Below are positions 1 to 10,706 of a stretch of DNA of 64,000 nt, in pieces; position 1 is the first letter of the stretch; each line of letters opens with the position of its first letter. The stretch spans positions 17,484,001-17,548,000 of the forward strand of contig OZ365110.1 of the NCBI GenBank assembly GCA_977030845.1, in the 5' to 3' direction. The DNA is from Fimbriosthenelais zetlandica. Taxonomy: Eukaryota. The translations under genes were made by a program, and so were the position numbers. The notes under the pieces were generated by a model. It searched no databases and was not told where the DNA came from. It was given only the letters and a program-made list of their open reading frames with translations.

Positions 1-3000
1 ATGGGAATGACTTTACCAGGCCGTATAGGCTTTTAGTGGCTTAGAAAAAGGATACTATTTGACTTTTTCTCTCTTATTGGTACCATTGAAATAAAATTAG
101 AATACATGTACGTAGAAACATGGGGTAAGTTCCTGAAATTATTTTTTTACGCTTAAGATTTTGAGCAGGGAAGGAAGGGTTTGAGGTCTGGTCCGTGGCA
201 GGTGGGTCCTCACACGAACCTATTCACATCTCGCCTTGACAGCGGTGTTGATTGCTTTCGAGTCCGGGAGAAACCACGACAATCGTTTGGGTACAGTCCA
301 AAGTCTTTACTTTTCCACCATGCAGGTTCATTAATATATTGCCCTGGAAAGGAGTAGAAGGAATAAGATGAGAATTTCATACATCTTAAATTTATTATAA
401 CTGAAGGATTATATAAATTTACAGAAAAATCTGGCTTATAGACTGTGGTAGTAAAAGTTATTTTAGTTAAAAAAAGGAAAATGTGGTACATGTTCTTTGT
501 TTTTAACATTCAAAGAATGTACCGTCGAAGAAATAATTAGTGAAAAAACGACAATATAAAACACGAATAATATACTAACATGTATGAGATTCAAGATTGA
601 TGGTGCCATTTGTGCGGAATAATATTTGGTTTCTGTCTATGGCAAGGATTCTCATGATGGGTTAAGGGCCAAACCTCCCACCAACTTTCCCATCTCTATC
701 ATATTTAATTCCAGTCCACTTTATCCACAAATCCTAGTGCTGACACCCGGGGCAGAATGAAGGAGATAAGGCTTGATAAAAAGCTACCGTTTCACTTTAA
801 TCCTTGAGGATCAATGATAACCAGTGGAGTAATTATAAATCTCACAGTCCAGGATGACCTATATTTTCTGAGAATACCCAGAGGGGGCTCTTCTTTACTG
901 GGGAAATCCCAGACCATCATGATGTATTTTTTGCCTGGCGTGAGCAACAAAATATCCTGGAGGATATGAGGGGAAAAAAGCAGGTCTCGAGACAGGAATG
1001 TAGGTCGGAAAACCCCCGCTTCTGTGGCATCAAGGACGTCATCCATTTGTCAATCAGACGAATTAATATTTATAATATACTTCTTTAGTCGACGAAAGTG
1101 CATCTTTTGAAGGCTTTATCGTGATTTTCATGAGATGCCAGATCAATTACATGCGGTAAGGGACATCTGCATGTCGTCCATTTGAAGACTTCCAAGCCAT
1201 ATAATTGGCCACATATTCAAGGTATTTCTGAAGCAGATATAGCAGCTTGGTTTCTTTTACCCCCGCTGTTGTTATTATCTCAACAGAGCTCTTCCTTTCT
1301 TGCTCTTAATCTTAATCTGTTGAGAAAGAGACAAGACATTCCTGTGGAGTCAAGTTAATGGCGTGCTGCTATGGTTTTTTTGGCGGGATGGAGACATATA
1401 CTGAGGACACATATATAAGAATGTCGCCAGACTGTCTGTTTAAAAATGTGATGTTTTAAGTAGTAGTAAAACGGGCCTCCAGGGTCTATAACCTTTTGGC
1501 CATCTCTTTCTGGACCATGTTCCTCCAGCTCCTCCTTCGCCTGCCCATCTTCTGGCAGCATCCATCTCCAGTGTTTGTGTACATAGCCCCCTAGTTGACT
1601 GCTTGGTGTCTACACGTTGCCAGGACTACCGACAGGTTAATGGCTATGCTTACCTGGGTGTGGACACTTGGGTCCCAAACTAGCCTCATACAAATCATCC
1701 CTTTACACTTTAAAGAACTGCACTGGAAATTGAATTGTTTTCCCTTTGTCCCTATCTATTTTCATCTTGAAATTTTTGATATTTAATTTGGAAATTTTCC
1801 TTGGAATAAAAGATACAATTATCAGGTACTATCATGTGTGATTGAGCATATTCTGTCTCAATCCATGGATCCAAAACAGTCCCTCTAGCATATCTCTTAT
1901 CTCCCACTGATTCCTTGGTATGTAATGGCTTTAGAATGTTATCAACAGAGACCAGCCAGACGGAAGACCGAGTGTTTGAGATAAGAAAGGCCGGAGTATC
2001 AGGTCCCTTTAAAAGTGCCTTATCTCGGACTCTGATCTGTGTTTGGTTCTTTAAAGTCGCGTGGAATGCCCTGTCGATGAGGCCCTGTTGACGTACCAAT
2101 GATCCTATGACACATTTTGATCCATTGCTCTTCTTTGATTGTTTGCCTGAACTTTTCCTGACCACCTTCGTCCAAACAGTCCATCAGTGACCCCCCTGTC
2201 AACCCTACATCCATATTCTTTCCAAGACTTGCCAAGGTCCCTTGCATCCCTGCTTCAGTCTTGATCAGTCATAAAGGATGAAGTTTATTCAAACATAATT
2301 ACAACAGAATCTGCTGGGCCCAATTTTGTGCAGTCAATCAAATACTTTATTGTCTTTTAAGTGAATTTCCAGTAAAAAATAATTAGGGAGAAATTCGAGA
2401 TGTTTGATGTTGAAGGTTTCTCAAAGTATGGCCAAACATGTGTTGTTTCCATGATTATGGCCAGTCTAGCATGTCAGAGATTGTCATGTCTTGTGTCCCT
2501 GTCCCCCGCGGCCACCCTCTGCCCTTTCCACGTGTTTAGATCTCTCCATCCCTACCCCCTGATCCCAAGACTCTCAAAACCCTTTCGGCACCGTGTGGGA
2601 ATTTTCCCACCGACAGATGGACCCACCGCAACCAAAAAGGCCCTGCCGGACGGAGATTAGGCCCTCCCTGAGGGCATCAGTGGCCCTGTAAAAGGTCCTG
2701 CAAGATATGTGCAAAACCCTATGGGGTCTCACGGATCAAAGGATCACTGACGCCTGTATTTATTTCCTGGAAAATCAGGCGCATCGGCCAATCTCTGTTG
2801 GGGAGATATTCATTACGCTTATCAGCTGCGGGTAACCCTTCCCTGAACCGAAGGATACAGTGGCATTACAAGTACACAAGAGATCTAGGGGAGGGATACC
2901 TAGGCATGAGCATATAGTACACACTATAGATAATCTCCATGGCTCGGGTGGTTATGGTATTCTACAGTCTGGCCCCAGTAACTGATAGTCAGCAATAGGA

Positions 3001-6000
3001 GATAGGGTCACTATGGTAACATTCTGATGCGCTGTCTTATCTCTTGGCTAGTTTTCCTATCTGATGCTAGAGTAGGGTTGGAGGAGGGGTTGGCTCTCCC
3101 CAATCCGCACCACATTATATATATATTCACCTTTCCTTCCCCGCTCTTCACATGTTCCCGGGGTAAAAGTGCAGTGGCCCTATGAATATAAAGCAAGCCC
3201 CATATGTGTTTACAGCTTCAAGTATAGATATACATTGGCTGCCCTGGCAATTCCACCATAAACAAACCAATATATTTTGATACCAGCTTCATACCTATAT
3301 ATATAGCTCCCATGAAATTTCCATTCAATTCTTTGCCAGTTCAGGTTTACAATATCTGTGTAATACGCTGGTAGTTTAGCTACAAATGACCTGCACTGAG
3401 AGACGTCAAAACATAAATCTCAAGTGGAGAGAAAATGTGTTATCTGCGGGTATGTTTTTTCATTTGGAAGTATGGTTGGCAGATCTCATATAAGAAGGGG
3501 TAAGTTGGATGCATGGGTTTGAGATGGAAAAAACATGAAAGAGTACAAGGGGAGAGATAACTGGAGGAGCCTCTCGTGTTACCGAATGTTCAGGTTTGCT
3601 TTACATTGCGTGATAACCCTTAACCTAGGTGAATGAATGTAGTGATGAGGAGGGGAGGAGAAAGTGTACAAGAGCATACAGTGCCACCCGGGAGGGTCGC
3701 AACGGGAGACCAACTGACAAATAAAAATACCCAGAGAAAAAAATGATCGAAGAAAAAAAGTGGGACAGCAAGGCTGTATGATGGGTGTCATTATATGGGT
3801 CAGAATGGGTTCCTTCAACTGTACCCGTTCAAGGAATCTAGAAAATAGAAAATAGAAGGAACAAGTCGAAATATATCTTTGGGCAGTGTATTAATTGAAA
3901 CAGGTCGAAACATGCTCGAACAGTTGCAGGGCAACCCACTTTCGACGCCTCCGGACATAAAACTGTCCCAAAAGGCACATGTTGTTGATCACCATAAAAA
4001 GTGGGCACCCCTTTATGATCTCTGGGGTGAGAAGGGGGTTTGGCCATTTTCATCCAGACCCAATGACTCTAAATATCGAACTGTAATTAGGAAATTTTAT
4101 AATGGCTGCGTAAACCTATATGCAATTCACGTACTGTAATTTCTACTTTGACAAAAATTAGGGCAATGATGTATTACTATGTACTTGTAGATCGAGGGCC
4201 CTAAGATTTATTGGCACAAGAAATGGATCATTGAAGCAATGAGTATAGAATTTGAAGTTAGAACCATCACATATATGTATTGTGTATACTTCGAAGGAGA
4301 TTTCTAATCTCTGAATTATTGCCCCAATCAAGTCAATAAAAGCCTGAAAGGAGCAGATGACATTTTGGATATAAAAAAGGCATAAAAAAGCCCACATAGA
4401 GTACCTATGAACAGGTGATGCGCTGATGGATGAAACACCTCAAGGGAGGTGGAATTTCAGCCGGGTGCTTCTTGTTCTTTGATTAGTGGCATGGAAGCCA
4501 TGGATCCCCACCCCATAACCCCGGCCTACTCATGCCATTGATTACATCATTTGTAAAATCCTTCTGGCTTGAGTTCTTCTCCCCAACTCACTGACTTGAT
4601 AGACCAATTAGAGAGCAAGCTATATATAGAATGGATCGAGCTGCACTAGGATTTTGGCCCAGTTTCTCAACTTTCTGCAAGAAAGTCAATGTATCTGGGT
4701 CAGAAATAAGACGTTAGTACTATTTTTGACCTCTGACCCACTTCATACTAAAAGGAATTTTTGGACCCACTGTCCCTGAGTTGCCCTGTGGCTATCGCAC
4801 GTTCATTGTATGGTCTTAGACCGAAAGAGAGCTGCCACCATGTGTTTCAAACAAGAATTAACTTTTCTACGTCGCAGAACACTGATTCAAATGGAATATA
4901 CCTTATTAGGCTTCTTAATTAACTAAATTAACGTCCAAAACAGTTGAAAGTAGAGTAATTGATTCAATAAAATGATATAAAGGATAAAGAAAAGGAGCTA
5001 AGCATAGATATTTGGAGCCAGACTACCACCTCACCCGTATCTTAAAGTGTAAAAAACGGTAGCTGAAATCACGGGAACTGATGATATCCATGCTGTATTT
5101 TCACAAATTAAAGTGACCACCACCTACTGTTTTAATGGACTTAAAATCTTTGAGATGGCCCCTAACAAAGATGGTTGTTCCACACTTGGGCGCGTGCGAG
5201 CCTTCGCTCCCCACCCACCCCCATCACCCACCTTCCTATGCACCCTTCTTTTTCAACCCTTCTATCAAGATTCGTATATGAATCAACAGTCTGGTGATGG
5301 ATGGCTGGGATAGAACTCTGACAGGCAAGATGAGATTGAGTGAGACTATTCATTGTGCTTTAAAAGGTGATAGAGGTTCTTATCCTCCAGGCAATTGGTG
5401 CAAACAAGGAGATCTAGTCAAGAAGGGATGGAAATGATAATCGCTGCAATGATCATCGCCGAAGATCAGGCATCTTTTTTCTCCTCCTTCTCTCATTATT
5501 TAGCCGTGTTATTTTGAGGCTGGGTTTTTAATCTTATGGAAACCCTGGGCGCCTGTTTTATGCGGTTTAGCCGATCCATCTGCCATAGCTGGCATGAGCA
5601 GGTATCCATCACTCTGGTCTATTCTATGACAGCTTCTATCTGGGTACGGTTGAGGTAAAGCTTTGCAATGCTAAATTCGCCATCTATATATGTTAGACTC
5701 GGCATTCAGAGGAGATTCAATATTAATGGAGGTAATGCGTCAGTTATGACAGCTGATTGTTCATTTATGTCTGTCAACAATGTGACAGCTGTATACAAGG
5801 CTGATATGGTTGTAAGGGCGTTGTAGTGGCTTATCATATTCATGGTACATGAAGTCAAGTCAGATATCATAAATATATTGCACTAGTTTTATATGCTTGA
5901 ACATATTAAACAGGTCAATTGATGATGTCAGCCTATGGTTGGTGGCTGTTAAACTGATGTTAGCATCTCTGTTGATTTTGGCCCCAAGGTACATCACCTG

Positions 6001-6573
6001 TTCACCTTTACATGAGGGAGCAACTATAGCATTTTTATATACAATGTTCTCCTCAGGAACTCCAATGTCTCAATTTTCTTCTCATAATCTCTATTTATTA
6101 GTTATAAAAATGTTATATACGAAGTAATTAAGACTGTTTTATAGAGGGCATACATGATTGACAATACAAACGACCTGTCAGTATATTTCGACTGGGTTCT
6201 TAAAGCCACCTTCTCTGGAGGGATCCTAATCTATTTGAGTTCTAAGTCTATGGTCCCCATGTGCTACACTATTGCACCCTAGTGGGTGAATCTGGGAATA
6301 GATTCTCATGGCAACTGAGAGATGTTGGTATAATTACAATGTACTTTATTACATGTACAGTTGGCAATTACGTCATTTGCTAAATTTAAAGGCAATTCTG
6401 GAATAAAACAGATGAATGTACGAAATTCTGTTACAAAAATTGGGAAGTATCCCTGCATGTGTTACTGCTTGCATGGTAGGCTTTAAGAAAGTACCTGTTT
6501 GAGATCAAGGTCACATATTGTTTGATTTAAAAGACCAAAAGGTGACTTCTCCGACCACACAAGTACTTGGTCA

Positions 6574-6588
6574 CCCCCCCCCCCCCCC
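6574..6588. repeat. C15 homopolymer
   Basis: Direct reading. Confidence 0.95.
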
Positions 6589-9500
6589 TACCGAATCCCC
6601 CCAACCTTTACCATCTTCCTCCTACCACTGCATGACCCTCTCTTGATAAAAGCCTTATTCTGACTGTGTGAGTTAGGGGGTGGGTGTGTGAGTGTATGGG
6701 GGTGACCATGGCGACTGACCAATAGTGGTGATATATGGGGGATCGTGATTAAACCCTCTCTCTAGTTACCCCCACGCTGAGGGCACCTCCACCGGCCAAG
6801 ATGGCACCAAACATCACGGGTAATTACTACCGGCTTATATTTCCATTTATATCTATAGGGCCGGTGGGTCTACATGATAGAGAGCCCTTCTATGTATACA
6901 TACTCATACCTAGTGGCCCTATGGAAGCCAATAGATTCCCATGGTCAAAGACTCTAGTCGAAAATATGCATGGAATATACTTTACCGTTATAAGGGGCTT
7001 CTTGGGAGATTTCCCCAGCACCCTCCCCTCTCATACCCTAATTGTGAGGATGTGTGGTATACGTACTTGGGTACACGGCCTGTGTTAGTAATTGGACTAT
7101 AATTCCCCCGTTACGACCCATTACACCTAAAATTAAGCAATTAATATTGATGAAGGCACGTGCTGGATATCAAAATTCCACGTTTGAAACACACGTGTCG
7201 ATAAAACTAGCTGAAGCTTTAATCAACGAGTATGACTAGATGAATAGGACAATTTGGGAAAATTTGAATCAATTGGATGAAAATCCTTAATTGTATAGTA
7301 CTTATTTACTTATTTATTGGGGTCATCTATGGTCGTTTCTCTCCACATTGAATATTGATGCAGTACAAAAAGAACCAAAATTTATATATTTGACCCGTAT
7401 ATGCATTGCTCATGACATCGATATCAGATTCTACATGTAAAATACCAACTCTATGTAAATCATGGTTTATTTCCTCAAGACATGGCGATGACAATATTAT
7501 TGAAATATCTTTTATCGTACATCTCGAGTTTCACATTAGGTAATTTAATTTAGGGGGCTTCGGGGTGCTAGATATTGAAACATATATAGGAGAAGGTCAT
7601 TGAACCGTTGGCATGCCGAGGACACACGATGCATCACTTGCCCCCAACAATGAATTGTCAATCGTGTCATATCAAAGCATCTTAATCTTCGCCTCATAAT
7701 TACACTTTTAATGATAACGTATTTAATGACGATTGACTGCTTTTACGGGAAACGAGTTTATGCATGATAGACTCGGGTTGGTATTAAGGCTTCATATATG
7801 GCTTTATTATTGCCGGATGAGATCCAACCAAAAGCTGGCGAGGATGATCACTATATGTAGTCAGTGGACCTGCTCGTGCCACAAATATTATAGACAGGCA
7901 CACAGGGGTTCATGTACTGTATTAATGGGATGTTTAACCCCAACCCTAACCCCTCCAATGAATAAAATCATCAATCCCTTACCTTTACTCTCTTGTAATT
8001 GTTTAATTATTGTGATTTTGTATTGGATGGTAAAGATAAGCAATTGCACCCTTTTAATGGGAGCGTGTCTTGGGCATTAAGGATGAGATCCACGTGGCAT
8101 CATCATAGACCCGTAACGTGGCTTGTTCATGCACCTTTACACCATAGAGCCCCCTTTAAAGTCCCTGGATATCCACTTCTCCATGGTGATCATACACACA
8201 CTCTTAGTCCATATACTCACTCACACACCCATGTGTTGCATAAGTTATCATTACTTTTCACACAAGACATGTGTTCACCAGAAAGACTGTTCACTGAGAA
8301 AGACTGACACCCCGAGTGGGAAATGAGATGGAATATTCAAAACCTGTAACCCAATACTTCCCCCCTCAAGTAATTATGTCCAACCCAGGAGAGTGTATGG
8401 TAATTTAAGCTCAATTATTTCACATGTTGTGAACCTGTGCGCATGAGTGATCCTGGGTTTTAGAACACCGGATGGTGAAGGCATTACACCCATATGCCCC
8501 GCATCTAATGCATTTTAATTAACAAAGTATGATAATTTTAAATATTTGGAGTGGGTGTGGAAATTGATTTAATGTGCTCCGTTTAATCATTTATTTAATT
8601 ACAATGTATTTTCATACCCAGGGTGCGAAGGATACAGAGTCTGCCAAGAACCCCGTCAAATTGGCAACAGACTAAAAGGGAATGCATAGGCCAAAATGAC
8701 TTTATCCTTTCTTGAATGTCCAAAAATGAACATCAATGCATTCTTCGGCAATTTTATTATACTCGGGAACCAATTCTTAAACCAATCTTGTGACATTTGT
8801 GGCCTAACATCTGATTCTTCCCAGTGCAGCTTTTTTCTGGCCAGTGAAAAGATTCAACGACTGTTTTAAGACGTTTTGTGCATTACCCAAACCCAATACC
8901 TAACCCCCAATCATTGTAAGCTCAGCCTTCTTCATGGATCCCTTTTTTTCTCTTCATACCGACTCACATTCTCAAAACACTGGAGTCTCTCCGTGAGCGC
9001 CTGCTTTAAATCAGCTGAAGTCACTTCTTGGAAACACGTGTTGACCCAGATTATCAGTTGACCAAGCAAGGTACAAGACCTTCCTTTAAACTGGAAAGTC
9101 AATGGCCAGGGAGGGATTTATTGAAATCAAGGTTAGGAACCTTAGACAGGTTAAGATCGAAGTGGAAGTCAGTTGGAGGGAAGAAATAGTTCATCTCAAT
9201 ACTAATGTCAGAATATAAATATGACGATGTAACTTATACATTTGCATAAATAAAAGAATAAGGTTAGGGCAAGTCTAGTTAATACCCCACAGGTGTAAAT
9301 AGCCAGGAGGATTACATCATCTGCACGTCAGATGGCATTATGAGAGAGGAATCGGGCCTCTTCTCTGGAGGGCTTGTGGAGTTCCTCTTGTCAGGTATTT
9401 TTTTCTCAAAACCTCGTAATAGAATGATGCAGTTATGAGGAACTAGAGGAGTACAGTTATGATGGAAATATCCGCTTCAAGATAAGTGCAATGAACATCA

Positions 9501-9740
9501 TTATTTCGCACCTATCTCGAATAGACTCTGGCATGGGAAGAGCGAAAGAACGATGGGTTAAATTACTAAGAAAAAGAGAAAACACTAAATGTAAACCACG
9601 CCAGATAAAGAAAAAGGCAGATGGTTTGTCGTTGAGTAGCCATATTCTTCTGAAACTTTCAAAGTAATTCATGCACTAAGAGTAAGACAGAATATACTAC
9701 TCAAATGATTATTTAGTCCTCTCCGCTGACCGAGAACAAG

Positions 9741-9813
9741 AGGTCAGGTGAAGGTCAGGACGCATGCGCATGAGGGTGGAGATCGGTCTGATTGGAGGGA
9801 GCTCATCGCCAAT
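9741..9813. promoter_or_regulatory. DR5 nuclear-receptor element + NRF1-like + paired CCAAT boxes
   Basis: AGGTCA-GGTGA-AGGTCA 9741-9757, CGCATGCGCA 9761-9770, ATTGG 9791, CCAAT 9809. Confidence 0.35.
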
Positions 9814-10576
9814 CGATCAAGCGTGAAGTGGACAGCTCCGGGGTGAAAAATGCTCCATCCTTTCAACCCTTTAACTCCAGGGTGCTATAGAGGCATGTAT
9901 CCACACGTACATTCCACCAGACACCAATATACCTGGCTCAGGGAACATTAGCCTGTTGAAAAGGTGTGGAACTATGCTATCGGGATTTAAGGTGCGTGGA
10001 TCGAAGGATTAGTAATGATTCCAAAGGAAGGTGGGGAATGATAAATAAAGGCTAAAATTAGTCGAGCTGGCGAAGGTTCGGGGAAAGAAAATATCGATAT
10101 GCCTTCTGAAGAAAAAATCATTTACATTTTAATATATAAAGACTGATCATCCATCGTCAGATTTATATATTCTGTGTCGCCTTGCGTTCAGATTAGAACT
10201 CCATGCCATATGTTAAAAGCACCTGGATATAGACCACTGAATGAATGTTGGCATGGAGTATAGGTTCTGATAAGAGTCTTTCTAGTTTCCAGGGGTATAG
10301 AGATGGGTGATAGGAGTCGTCTGGCTGTGCTCATCAATTTACTCCCTAATCAGTTCAGCTGAGGTGACAGCTTCCCCTGTCCCCCTGCCTCACCCACCTC
10401 CCACACTTCCCAAACCAACTGCCACGCCTGCCTCCAGTCTTTAACTCTTTAAGTCACTGGCAGCCCAAACTTGACTCATAACGAACAATTGTGCATAAAA
10501 TGCCTCTATAAAAAGTTTGTAACACATTCAAAATCTAAGGCTTTACTCAAATTTTTCACCATTTCCTATTTTCCAG

Positions 10577-10706
10577 ACTTTGGACTGAGTAACTTCTACA
10601 AAGAAGACGACCCGTTGAGAACACATTGTGGTTCGCCAGAGTACGCCGCGCCAGAACTTTTTGTGGTCAACAAAACATATGGCCCAGAAATCGACATATG
10701 GAGTCT
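10577..10706 (+). CDS. Kinase exon: DFG, activation loop, APE, subdomain IX (DxWSL)
   Basis: Acceptor tttcctattttccag, donor gtaagt at 10707. Encodes (D)FGLSNFYKEDDPLRTHCGSPEYAAPELFVVNKTYGPEIDIWS(L). Phase 1 in, phase 2 out. Confidence 0.97.

Noticed and set aside
1-10576. Upstream kinase exons (Gly-loop, VAIK, HRDLK)
   Set aside because: No HRD-coding exon with suitable splice sites found by eye. The gtaagt at 125 follows sequence with no kinase similarity. These exons are assumed to lie upstream of the window.
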